From Lingula anatina (Eukaryota; Animalia; Brachiopoda): a DNA stretch of 64,000 bases. Positions 26,101 to 38,890 of the stretch are shown here, one piece after another. Within the stretch, counting starts at the first letter, position 1. The number at the start of each line of letters is the position of its first letter. Both the position numbers and the translations under genes were made by a program. The notes beneath the pieces were generated by a model. It did no database searches, was not told where the DNA came from, and saw only the letters and a program-made list of their open reading frames with translations. The DNA lies in contig CM120648.1 of NCBI GenBank assembly GCA_051362555.1, forward strand, positions 6,878,587-6,942,586. Reading direction: 5' to 3'.

Positions 26101-27156
26101 CAAATTTTAAAAAAATAAACAAGATTTCACGCTGATAGTCCACGCTTCCAAACACATATAGTAAACACGCATCTCTCACAACTATTCCAAGAAAAAAAAG
26201 GCCTACCTCGCGTTGGCGACACCTTTCTGGCTATAACGAAGGACAACGTGATGGCAGGGTTGACCACCGCCCTGCTCAGATGACCAAACCCCTCGATGAT
26301 GGACGCCACCGTGAAACCAGTGCCCAGAGCGTTCTGGACGATGTTGCCGTCTTCCGGAAACCTGGGCCATCTGGTTTACAAAAAATTGTGACTATAATTT
26401 CTCAGCAAAATGGTAAATGCGTTCGAAGAGTATTTTAGGGGACTGATTCGAGGTTCTGTGAGGTTTTTGTAAAATCTGCGAGACTGATGGCGTGCTTTTG
26501 GCCGATTTTTCGGGAATGTACGTTTTACAGAATGACTTCAGTCGAAATTTGCTCTTAGCAAAGAGTGTATAAAATATACTACCCAACAACGTTGCGCTTT
26601 TCTTAGAATTTAAATGCATGCCTGCCTCGTTATTTCGTCTATGTTTCTGAAGGTTGAAACACTGTGTTTTAAACAGATTCAAATGTGTGATGTGGAAATG
26701 TCGTGAAGACTCAAACGTCTTTATCAAAAATCAAGCACAACATGGGACATTATATTAAGCATATAAATACTGCTTATATACTTTCTTACCCTATTCACAA
26801 GGTAATTAATATACCTTAGTTGTGCAAATGTTCACTTTTTATTATAAAAAATAAAAAGCATCAAAATAACAAACTAATGAACGGGAAATGAACCTATCAC
26901 GATGAAGTTATACGTTTCACAGGAATCATAAACCGTACGCAATTTCCATAAAAACATCCCGGCATGATAAGAATTTCAATCTCAACTCCATTGACTCTGA
27001 GTATATCATCTCGATAACTTACCGGATAGTTAACTGACAATGGGTGAAAAGAAGAATGGCAGTTCCAATAAATTCGCCCGCCACTGCTTTCCACATAGCA
27101 GGTGTTTTGACTTCCTTGAAACCCCATTTGTATTTCGGCAGTTCCTGTATGCCCAT
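23108..27156 (-). CDS. Aquaporin (MIP family) with atypical selectivity filter, ~315 aa, 7 exons
   Basis: Exons 27156-27023, 26370-26207, 25989-25929, 25386-25182, 24945-24856, 23718-23583, 23265-23108 (948 nt, in frame). TM1 WKAVAGEFIGT; loop B GHLSRAVVNPAIT; YVLAQLLGGIAG; GFLMETCLTFML; loop E TGACMNPAVAMGP; HWLYWVAPFTGS. Confidence 0.92.
24527..24838. mobile_element. MITE in aquaporin intron 5 (TIR CCCGCACGAAAA.GCAGTAG, TAA on both flanks)
   Basis: cccgcacgaaaacgcagtag ... ctactgcattttcgtgcggg. Interior is built of repeated (ct)actgca motifs. taa lies immediately outside both ends. Confidence 0.8.
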
Positions 27157-27879
27157 ATTGAACCCCGATTGAACTATCAATAAAAAACACTGACGTTAAA
27201 ACTTGGGCGAGAGTGTTCTCCTAGACCCTTCTTCAATTACTCCCCTTTCTCAAGGCGGCGGTTGGAATCTTCTCGGCAGATTTTCAATAAATTCTATCTC
27301 TCAAAAAAACGCTTAGGTACACCTCTGTACGCAACTTAGTGATTGTCGAGATTCTCTCTTCTTAATTGGTTCTGATTTTTTAACCGGACTATTCCGCCAC
27401 CGCAGCGAGATCTTTCTTGGAAAAAAACTGTGCCGTATCTTGACTTATTTCACAATTCATGTAAATGGGAAACCAACCAGAGATACTACTATTTTAAATG
27501 ATGGTATTACCACGCTAATTGCAGCGGAGTTTCAATAAACTGATCCCTTTTTGTTGAAACTATCTCAACTGTATCTCAACTTCTAAAGAGCGAAGTGCGC
27601 CCGTCTTTTATAGGGCCACCACGTGAGTGTTACACCCCCTGCAGCTACTTGTCCAACCCCCGGGGGCAGAGATGTACATATTGGTCACCAGCACAGTGTC
27701 CACGCCCCGGACTGGTTTACTCACTGGGAAATACATTGTGGACTGCCATGTACGTGTTGCTACATGTGACCAGTATACGCATCTTACATAATGTGTTTTA
27801 CCATATTTGCCCATCTTTTGTGATTGATGTCAAGAATCTTTCAAATCAGTGATTGTGACTTTGTAATACTTTACAACGA

Positions 27880-27908
27880 CAACAACAATAATAATAATAA
27901 TAATAATA

Positions 27909-27941
<33 letters not shown>

Positions 27942-27968
27942 GTTATTATTATTATTATTATTATTATT
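27880..27968. repeat. (AAT)n followed by (ATT)n microsatellite
   Basis: Direct reading; the two halves are complementary. Confidence 0.9.
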
Positions 27969-30013
27969 AATAGTCTAAAATCCATATAAAATGTTCAGTA
28001 GACTTAACATGGGTAAATGAACAGAATGGATGAATTAGGCAATAAATGAACAGGTAGTTAATATATTAAGAGATTAAAATATGGACAGTTCAGATTTTAA
28101 GATGTTAAAATGGATAGTACAATGTGAAAGATAACAGCATCATAACAAAAACGGGGAATCAATACGGCGAACGACAAACAAAAAATTCTCATTACCACCA
28201 GGGCCTAAAACCCTCTAATATAGGTTAATTTATTAGATTCACACTGTAGCATTAAATCACTGGTATGTGTATGTAAATGTGAAATACATCAACGGCTATA
28301 CTCTGATTTCCTTCACTCATCTTATATCATTAATGAAAAGAGGTATACATTGGCTGCTAATGAACTCTGGAATCCCATGTCTTATACAGCTAACCCAAGG
28401 CGGGGGCGCATATCGCTTTTTGATGAAGCATCGACAATAGGCCTCCGGGAAAGCACGTGTCTCTTGCTCCTGTTGCCGCGAGGCTGAAAACGAGAGCGTG
28501 ATCCTGGCACAAACGTGTACGGTTCTTGTATCGTTTTCATCTCGCATTTAAGTCAGTCATGCAGATGTTGACGTTCATAAATTATCCAACCTGGACGTGG
28601 GATATTTCCCACATATTATGAATATAATTATTCTAGGGATAATAATTCTTCTAGGAATATCACTACTCAATTTTCTGTGAAATGATAAACAATTAGTAAA
28701 TTTTAAAAGGGACGGCAACTCTTCTTTTTGGTGTGGATAGTGCCGTAAGACGGATTTTCCTGGGGTAAACGACAACTTTCCCATCATTCCTCGTGGTTTA
28801 TGAATCCGTTCTGACATTCAAAGTTAGTCGACTGTGTTCGTTGTAAATGCGGTTCTTGTTACAATCTCTTAAGAGATTATTATGAAGGGAAGCCATCTGT
28901 GAAGGTCCAAGTGGTCCAATCGCATGCAGAGATCCCATCATAAATGACGTGATGACCCCAGTTAAATGTAAAATGAAATTTATTATAGTCCTATTTGTTG
29001 TTTAAAAGTATTTGCTGTAATAAATTGAATCTCAAATATAGAGTTGTAATCCCTTAATATTATTAATTTTTATATCCAAAATATTGCATATTTATGCGCA
29101 CGGCCACAGTCTATAAATACAATCATGTAGGGCCTAATACCGGGGATGAGACCCGAGGAATCAATAAAGTTGGCGCGCTATTTTCTACGCGCTAGCTGCG
29201 ATATAAATTATTCAAATTGGAATAATCTCGACCTGTTTGTACATCTAGAGATCATCTAAACAGAAACTCCAACCGTTTGAAAGAGGGCCATCATAAATGT
29301 CGGTGTTGCCATTTTGTACTATGATTTTTGTACTACTTCCAGACACCAGGTAGCAGTTATTGGCATGATGACATAAACCTATTATAGTGCCCCAGTGATC
29401 ATACAATGAAGTACGATTACATGACATTTAGTTGAAAACCACGATGGATTTCTTAAGGAATAGAAATTCGAAAATGTCAACTCACTCAAGATTTATATAA
29501 TTAAGTGCAATACGCTTTTAATGAGGCCTGGTCGTCTTAGGGAAAAATGCATGTTTTTATACCGAGGCCGTTCATAGCTCATGTATCTTTTTAAAAATAG
29601 TTTTCTACAACAATATGATACAGAGAAAGAAATTCGCGTGACATCTGCATCTAAATAATACATAAAAACGCACAATAATTTGGTAGAAAAAAGAGCGACC
29701 AACCACAAATGCCTTTTATATCGCACAGATAAATGAATTAATTCAGTCGAGCGTTACTGACAAATAGGGGAAATTACCCACAAGTTGGGTGCGTTGTCGT
29801 TTATCTATTTACCATCATTGTCTTCTTCTCGATGTCAGCTTACACATGAGGACATATATAAATCATGGGTCTGTTATGAAAACAACCGCGTTGTGTCAAA
29901 ACCTCATCGCTATCTCCCTGTGGCGAATCCGATGTTTTACAAGTACTGGATAAGGAGCGTTGGGCGTGGTTCCCGAAATAACGATCTGTCTATCTATTTG
30001 CAGCCACTAGTTT

Positions 30014-30064
<51 letters not shown>

Positions 30065-30534
30065 TGGATGCACATACACATAAATCGATAGTACACCGAA
30101 TAAATGTCAAAGGTCCAGGAGCTTACAGAAACCCGTGTGCGGTCGGATAAAGACTGGAATAGAGAAGCAGGTGGTTATATCTGCACAATATTTGTACCTG
30201 CGTGCGCGTGTGTCAGTGCATTTACATTTAGCGTTGGCTGCCCTCCGTCCTCTTGTCGAGATCACATAGTGTGCAGCTGTGCAAGTGAAGTGCCCGGAAC
30301 ATTTTTACAGGTGCGTGTAATTTAGTCAGGGAAATGACCAGTATGAGGGACTACTAATTAGACCGTCCGCCATTGAAATTGCTACCCTCCACCACAGGTC
30401 AGGTGAGTGATGACGTCAATTATGGACAGAAAAATAGCACATAATAAGCCAGAGACTTATATCAGTGAATATTAAAATGAAAAGTCATTGTTTGGGTCTG
30501 ACGGAGGAAAAAAGAACTGGCTATATTTTACAGT

Positions 30535-31668
30535 ATGATGCTGCGATGGAGGGCGTTAAAGCTTTTGAGCCGACCTTGTCTAGTTTGCATGTTCATATTT
30601 CTTATGGCCGTAGTCGTATATTCGACAGGAGTGATATTATTCATGAACGGAAATGTTCTGATCTATAAAACATATTCTAAAATGATGACCAAGGTACTGC
30701 GACAGGAGTCAAGCTTTGCAACTTCTCCAAGACATAATTGGATTAACAAGAATATAAGTTTGATTGAAAAGGTCAATTATATTCGAGAAACGCTATGGCC
30801 ACGGCTTAACACCGTATTTATAGACGCAAGCGACGCTGTTTTCAATAAAGATACCCACATCTATGAGAAAAATGGAAGGCCGTTTATGTTCATGTACTGG
30901 AACGGATCGACACCACCGGCCTTTACGGAGTTGTGTGTCCTGTCGGCTTTGTGCCATAACCATGAAGACTTTCAATTATATTTGTTAAACGCAACAGAGT
31001 TTCAGAAAAGCGTTCCCTACGTCCACCCGGCTTTTAAGTCGCTCACACCCGTTCATCAAGCCGATTATTACCGTGCCGCCATGCTAAACCAATATGGCGG
31101 CATATACATGGACGTTGACACCCTCAGTTTTGGCAGTATGAAAACCAAGTTAAACATGCTGTCGAATTACGATTTCATTTTCGGCGGGGATAATTACTGG
31201 TTTATTTTCATCACTCCTCTAGGTCCGATCCGCGCCCATACTCTCCTGACTACAACTTGGATGCAGGAATTGTTTAAATTGTTCAACAGGCCTGAAAATC
31301 GTGCGTTTCTGGAAAAGGGACACGATGAATTTGCCTGGGACGCTTTGATGACACATAGTTTCAAACGCCTCCTCCACGAGTACATCGATCATAAGAATAT
31401 ATCTACGTTCAGGTTTAATATCTCCAAGTCTTGGGGACAATTTAGCGTGAACGACTTAATGTCTGAGCGTGACTTGATACCAAGGTATCAGGAAACGGAT
31501 GCAATGACTTTAAACAATGCTCTATACCCCAAAGAATACAAGAATCTGAACACCTCCCAAGTGCTCCAGAGCCAGAGGGGATTATCACAACTACTCCGGC
31601 TATCTTTGAATTCTTGCTGGAGAAAACTGATATCCAAAGATATCGATGTTATTGCAACTCAATCTTAA
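30535..31668 (+). CDS. DXD-motif glycosyltransferase (GT32 / capsular polysaccharide synthesis-like), type II membrane protein, paralog A, 377 aa
   Basis: N-terminal TM segment LVCMFIFLMAVVVYSTGVILF, followed by FMYWNG..P..ELC..S...HN and HQADYYRAAMLNQYGGIYMDVD. Uninterrupted CDS with a splice acceptor (tttacag) directly before the ATG and a candidate donor gtgagt at ~30403. Confidence 0.9.
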   Translation: MMLRWRALKLLSRPCLVCMFIFLMAVVVYSTGVILFMNGNVLIYKTYSKMMTKVLRQESSFATSPRHNWINKNISLIEKVNYIRETLWPRLNTVFIDASDAVFNKDTHIYEKNGRPFMFMYWNGSTPPAFTELCVLSALCHNHEDFQLYLLNATEFQKSVPYVHPAFKSLTPVHQADYYRAAMLNQYGGIYMDVDTLSFGSMKTKLNMLSNYDFIFGGDNYWFIFITPLGPIRAHTLLTTTWMQELFKLFNRPENRAFLEKGHDEFAWDALMTHSFKRLLHEYIDHKNISTFRFNISKSWGQFSVNDLMSERDLIPRYQETDAMTLNNALYPKEYKNLNTSQVLQSQRGLSQLLRLSLNSCWRKLISKDIDVIATQS

Positions 31669-33557
31669 TGGCAAATTTTGTCCTTGCCACCAAGGTAAAC
31701 TTTAACAGTTTTTTTTGTAAATATATGGATGCGAACGTACAATCCGAAAATAGCACTATTCCATAAAGATACTAAAATGAAAAGATTTCACGAAAATCAT
31801 CATCATGCATATTTTTATATAATTGCTCTGCTGATGTATTGTACATATTTGTATTTCATAATAAAACATCATAACCAAAACCGCGCAAATGTAGCAATGA
31901 ATAAAAATTACAAACAGGCTCGAAATACGGACACCGTTGTCTACTTTTAGGTTTGATAGCGTATTAATATTATTTTCCAGATTCGTGGTCAAATTATTTA
32001 CTTGTAAAACGCTATGAGGAAACCAGCACTGACGACAATAACCAGTTTCAATCATTTCATGTTTACTCTTTGCTTGCTCAGGTACATTGTGACGAACTGT
32101 GGGGAATCTCACTCTTTTTAAAATTAAAATATCAAACCTAGGTAAAGGATTCTTGAAATTAACTCAGTACTTCAGATTATTCAACAAGCCTTCTTTACCC
32201 TTTTAGACTTTACACAACGAATTATAAGGCATTACGGACTACAAACAAAGACGTTACGTGCAGTTTCAGAAATTGCTGGTAATTTCTAAATGCCCCCGCC
32301 ATATTCCTCCCTTTCCCAAACACAGACAAAGGGAATATTTATGTGACATTTTTCTTGCTGCGTGCCAGTTGATATTTGAATAATTTACCAAAATTGCTGA
32401 TAGATTTTAAATGTTCCCGACAATCAGATGTCAAAACAATCGGAGTCCATTTCTAGGTAGTGGCAGTACGGGATGCAAATTATACTGGCATCAGAAACAA
32501 CACTCCAACAATAAAGTTGCTATAGCCGAGCACCTGTTTTGGGATGCAGAATTATTGGCCAGTGTCGCAAAAATACCATCATCATCCGCACACACATTAT
32601 ACAGCGTTTGCTGAAATAATTGTAAATAACTGGGCAATTAGCGCAATAATATACCTAACAGATTGCAGACATCAAATACTGGTAGATTTGCAAAAGATCA
32701 ATTTAGTGCTTGGCTTTGCTCTGCGTGATTATTATCGCAGTCAGATCATGACAAAATCCAGGATCTTTTTCTACTCCCGTTTCACTACTTGATCCTTACC
32801 TGCACTTAGATTCCACGTTTTGTACCATGTTTTCTTAAAATTAAATACATGTTAATAAATACATATTAATTACAAATTATTTCTATATGAATCGTGATTC
32901 ATGCGCAGCGCTTCATACACTTTATATATCTACCTAGGGATGTCTGTGGCTACAGCGTATAAATAATTACTGTAAATATTAAGGTTCATTTCACATATCA
33001 GAAAGCATCCTCCGCCTGCATAATCAATTGCTTTATCTTAGTCACGTATACAATACTTATAGATTGATGCTCCCGGTAGTGTACGAACAATGTTGTGAGC
33101 AGTGACCCGGCGTTAAGATTCAATCATTGCACCTAGTTTATAATTATAAAATACTGGATAGGTATGTGTAATAACAATGGATTTTATACGTGTAATTTTG
33201 TTGTTATTTATCACTTTGTAAAATGTCTTTTTATTTTTTGTATTATTATTATTATTACTATTACTATTCATCTCTGTATTCCTTCACCAGCTCAGCTCTG
33301 CTGTAGAATATATATATATAATCCTGCGAATTTCAGAAGAAATTATCGACACCAGTTATGCACATACCGTAGTATATTTTAGAGATTTAATCGCACCCCA
33401 CCACCAGTTCCATTTTCAAAATATATATATTTTATTACACATATTTAAAAATAAGCAAACGCTTGATATAGCTGCATTTGGTACATTTTAGAAAGCGTCA
33501 CTTATAATTATTCTAACTGAACCTGAGCAGCAATTTTTCAATTACCACAGACCTTAA

Positions 33558-36500
33558 GTGTGTGTCCATGATAAGACCAGTCAGAGGGTGGCAAGGTGGG
33601 GGTCAACAGATTTCAACCAAATTCATAATATTGTTGCATATATAGGAGATATTAAGATTGAAGGCAACAATCCCAAAAGAAATCATTGGATATAATTATA
33701 ATATGATATTATATGTTTTGGCCATTTTTGGCTTGATTTTCAGCTTCGGTCAATAAAGCCACTTCATAAGCAAATATTTCAAAACTGATGACTTTTTAAA
33801 ATTAATTGAAAATTTACCTATTTAAACCAGCCATTTGCCATTGAGAATATGTTACTAAATTTCAGTTTAACCCACAAACTAACGAGCCACGCCCATTTTT
33901 ATGACCCCACCCCCCAAACTCACTTTTCTACCAAGCAATGTTCAAACATTCATATCTCTCTTTTTGCAGGCTTGACAGCCATAAAATTTTATAGGGATCC
34001 TAAGCATATATTGGTCTAATCATACAAAATTCAAAAAGTGTGTTAAACACAACAGAAGACATTGAAAAAGTGCCTCAAACTTTAGCAATTTTAGCAGAAA
34101 ACCAAACGGCCGAAATCAAGATATCAGTACATTTTGAGATAATACCTTCCAATAATCAAATTTTATCAAAGACTCACAGCCAGGAATTCCAACTATGCTT
34201 TGATAAGGGCAAATCTATCCAATTTTTATAAATACAAAATGGCTGCCATCAAATCTGTCCCAAAATACAGTTACCCTAATTCCTCAAAATAATCAAGAGG
34301 CCCATTTTTGCAGGTTTTTTATTTTGAGATCTGTAATACAGGATTGCTCAAATAATATTCTTTTCAGACAGAGCCATACAACTTCTGAATAAATTTAAAT
34401 TACTAGTGACAAGTTATCCCCCCCCCCCCCAATTTAATAAGTTATTACTGTGCATATCCAGTGTCATCAGCATTGTGTATATACCTTATTTTCAGGGAGC
34501 AATAGAGAAAAAAATTACAAATGATTTTTCTAAAGGTAAAAGGGAATGACTGTCTCATTTTATCAGTTTTCTCAAGTGCAACACTAATTAATCCAATTGA
34601 AATGATTTATATTGCATTTTTCAACCATTCTTTTTCCTTTCAAATGATTCATAGGCTTTGTAAATACATGTGATATCTTGATATCTATATTCTTTTTCTA
34701 TAAAGAAAATTAAAACAGAGTCAGCAACATACAATGACAGGAGGAGTACTTTATTTTCATATCATCAATTGGACAGTAAAAGAACAAAGCAGTTACTTTT
34801 TACAGGAGTGAAATCAAGTTATGAATCTCCAAGGTTCCAATATCACGGTCATCTTTTCCATATACTGAACACAACAGTGATGGGTAGTGTTCAACAGATT
34901 TTAATCTTATAACTGATTGATCCCCAAGTTTCTTCTTCTGGTTGAGAGATCCAGGGTCTCCTACAGTAATATAATTCAGCAATCTTAGAATAAGTGTGGT
35001 AACTTGAAGCAACATGCCACTATAGTTTAGTGTGACTGAACTGTCAATTGTCAATATTTGTCAATTCAATGGCGCCAATCCTCCTTTCCTACAAAACTGA
35101 TTGAGATTGCCAAGCCTAAGATGCATATTTGTTATGGGGGATTGTCCCAAGGTAGCTCTAAGTCCAATAAAGGTTTGCCAGGATATCCACTACTGCGTCT
35201 ACCTGAAGATGGCAGGACAGGCTGTCAAAAGAAAATGTATTAAACATATTTTAAACTCATGTTAATTGCTGTATAAGAACAATTACTAAATAATATTCTG
35301 ATCAAACATATTGCATAAGTGTAAAAAAGGAAATCAAATATGCATGATTGTAGCTACCAGAATTTCATGATAGAAAAAGAAACAAATGAAAAAAAGGTAA
35401 ACCTTTTTTCTTCTACGTGGAAGTGTTCCAGGCATTACAAAGTTGGTGCTCACATCTGAATCTGATGAATTTGCCTGTGCAATTTCAGGTGACGTTTCTA
35501 TTATTGTCTGTAAGATTGTCCAAGTCAAGGTTCACATACAGGGCTAGGATGTAAAATCTGAAAAATAAACATAATATCAATAAATGCTTTACAACAACAG
35601 AGGCTTACTGTGTTCAGAATAGAAACTATCGTAGCAGGATCAATCTATCACAGCGGAGTATCACACTCGGGCTCAGTCGTTGTAATCAGCTTAATTGTCT
35701 GGCACGCCCCCTTGCAAAGCAACATGAACAACATAATGGACTGCAAAGTTTTCCTGATTTTACTAAAGTACCTTTAGTTACAAGTGTCCTGTGTAATATG
35801 TAAGTCTTGAAAATTGAAGCACAGTTGTGTTACAAAGTCACATAATTATAGCTAGGCGGTTAACTTCAACTTCATTGTAAACACACATGAATCTGCATAG
35901 TGAATATAAAACTAATATATAAAAAACTGGCACAAGTAACATCCCCTAAAATGCCAAAACTTGAAACTGAATGTGTGTTACATACATACATGTTTACCAT
36001 GAAACAGAAATCAAGTAAAACTCTGTGAATTGAAATATACCAGTATGTCTTTTAAATTTGCTTATATTCTTTATATTACTGAATAATATTCAAACTTATT
36101 ATTTAAACTGGTTTGACTTTTTAGTGTATCTGATTCTAGTATATGTATGCCACCACTGATCACTTACCTTACAACAAACATCCAGAGGTAAATCGATGAG
36201 ATGGATATATTGAGGAACCCAAGCCTGACAACAGTCTGAAGTGGTTCAACCAAAAAATGCACATTCTAAGGACGACCAGCTGCTATGGTCATTTCTTGTT
36301 ATATTCTGGTGCACACCAATCATTCTGAGATGTACCTAAGCATCTCTAGTGTGTGTTCTTCATAAATTTAAGAAAGTATTATGTTTTAACACTGTGAAGA
36401 CGATGTGCTTTGCTCTACAGTTGCTCCGGTGATAATCCTAGTACCCGCCATGTTGAATATAGGTCACAGAGTTAGCATCGTTATTTTACATTTAGTTTCT

Positions 36501-37210
36501 ACAACATAAACAAATTTAAAAAATGTATTTTCGCTTCATAAGTTCGTCTGCAGGGCAAACATATTTATTTTAAGGGCTTTTCACAAACCTATACATGGTT
36601 TTGACCTATTAATTTAGTTGAAGAAACAGTTTAGCATTTAAGTAGTATAAAAATTTTCGTTTTTATGCCCTTTTTAAAATTGTTATAGTTCTTATTTTAC
36701 AAGGTTTAACACAGATTTTATTTTACAACATTTATTTTTCAACCCTTTTCTATCAGCACATACCAAAATTATATGGATACAACCTGCAAAAAAGAAGTTG
36801 TGTGCATTTAAAGAAGGGGAGGGGGTCAAACATACGGAAAACATGCCATATTAGAATCAACCTTGTGTGGTCATGACAGTGCCTTTTCAAAAAATCTGTA
36901 CTGGGTATTAAAGGTCTTTCCTTAACCTATCATGTGGCTTACCTAAATAATTCCTTATGATGTACATGATTTTTTAAAAGAATATTTAAAATTATAACTT
37001 TTCAAGAGCTAAAATATGCTATATTTTGGCAAAATTGCCAATAAAAGATCTGCCCCCATATCTCTAAAACTAATGATCCAAAATAAGAAAGCCAGTGGCT
37101 CACAATATCTTTTATGTTGATGGTTTACCACACCAAAAATTATTAAAATCTGCTGACCCCCACCTTGCCGCCTTCTGACTGATCTGTCTGGCTTTCTCAT
37201 GGACACGCTC
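33558..37210. mobile_element. Decayed TIR DNA transposon, Sola3-like (TTAA target, GAG terminus)
   Basis: Left ttaa|gtgtgtgtccatgata...ggcaaggtgggggtcaacagattt matches the reverse complement of right aaatctgctgacccccaccttgcc...atggacacgctc|ttaa. TTAA lies on both sides. Stop-containing exon-like remnants on the minus strand (~36170-36450, 35400-35560, 34800-35225). Confidence 0.7.
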
Positions 37211-37722
37211 TTAAAACCCACCTCTCCTTGCCTCGGGACGAAACCCAAAAAGACAATAACAAATCTTTCGTCATAAAAAATAGGTTCAAATGCTGAGGGA
37301 CAAAACGAAATCTGGTCAAACATTACTCTGAAGTCGTGAAGAAATTTCTTTTTGTAATAATTGGTTTCTATTCACCATAACTGTGTAATCAAAATTCATT
37401 TCCATAAACTTACATTGGCATTGCTAGTTTTAAAAAATGCAAAGGAATTTAATCGCAACGAGGAAAAAGCAAACTTAATGTATTCATAATATGAGACAGA
37501 CGCATGCCCATGCCGAGTTCAAGACCAATGCCAGAGTATCTCACCCAGGACGAAGATTTTGGAGCACGTGTACACTTCTTAACGTAGTTTAGGGCCCGTT
37601 CCTAATGAAACCAGCGTTCGACGAAAATGGATCCCACTCTTCGTAGAAAAATACTCAATAAAGTGCATAACATCGTCCCAGCCTCTTCTTAGGACAAACC
37701 GTGGAGCGTGGTTCACTTCTGA

Positions 37723-37971
37723 GTAGGGGAGACCGGGGCTAGTTGGACCCTGGGGTAAGTTGCCCCCCTCCCCCATCAATTTATGACAAAGTAACTATGG
37801 GGTAAAAGCATTGATCACATCATTTTTTAAAGTGGCCCTATCCAATAGTGCTAGGAAAGCGTAGGCAGTGAGTCCAAACGAAATAATTTAGCATCTTAAT
37901 TTAACTTTATTAAAGAGACTTGATGAGGGGCCAACTTTCCCCGGGGTCCAACTAGCCCCGGCCTCTCCTAC
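37723..37971. mobile_element. MITE with ~28-bp TIR (GTAGGGGAGACCGGGGCTAGTTGGACCC)
   Basis: Near-perfect inverted termini, each with a second inner copy of the GGGG..AGTTG.CCC motif. Superfamily not assigned. Confidence 0.8.
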
Positions 37972-38890
37972 GACGGAACACCTCGAGGTGCAGATGACAA
38001 CATGCATTAATTAACCTCACAGTGCTAAGTGCAGATCTGAGTAGCTGCTTCACTTTGCCTTATCCCCAAAGAGTGAGACAATAATATTCTGATGACTCTA
38101 CGTTTTAAATAACGTACGTCAAAGTAATGAGAAGATCGTGCCATTTACAGAAGAACAGCCAATCATTTTTGACGCAAGATTTTAGCTAGTAAGTTAAGTA
38201 AAAACTAATAAACGCACACGTACACGTAAGTTCACAAAAATAAAACGTTAAAATCACATCACCTTATCAATACATACAACCCCGTAAAAATCTCTCGTAG
38301 CTGTCACCACGCTGCCCGTGGAAACCAGTCAATAGAAGAAAGCCTCATTAGAATTATACATATAAAGATAACCACCATAAGACGAACGTCGGCATATATT
38401 TATTGTGTTAATGCATCAATTTCAAGTTGCCCTCAGTTATACCGTAAAATATTAAACTCAATTATACTATGTTCCACATAAATCTTCATACAAAAATGCA
38501 TATGCAGATACGAAAGTACCAGCACTACATGAACATATGTTGAGAGAAAGCTTAACCACAATTTTAGAAAAAATGTATCATCAACCATTATCAATATATT
38601 TCAGTCTTGGTTATGGAAACAACCATAAATAATAAAAGAAGTAAAGAACATAAATCACAGATTCAGCTTCCAGTAAAAGAAGGCAGACTTATTCTAAAGG
38701 TGAAATAAATACCCTGGCTCTACAAGTACGCCAGACCACTCTATTATCATAAATGAAATATGTATATATTATAACCTTAATAATACATTTCTATTCTTAT
38801 GGATATGGCCTTAGTAGTGACATATGGTCTGTAAGCTATCAATCATACGGTGCACAATATCCTGTGTCAATTACAAACACTGTTCACAGT

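Noticed and set aside
27880-27968. AAT/ATT fold-back as a structured RNA
   Set aside because: Simple microsatellite turnover explains it.
38753-38890. 46-aa N-terminal extension of glycosyltransferase B
   Set aside because: AT-rich, absent from paralog A and ending in a splice acceptor, so probably intron.
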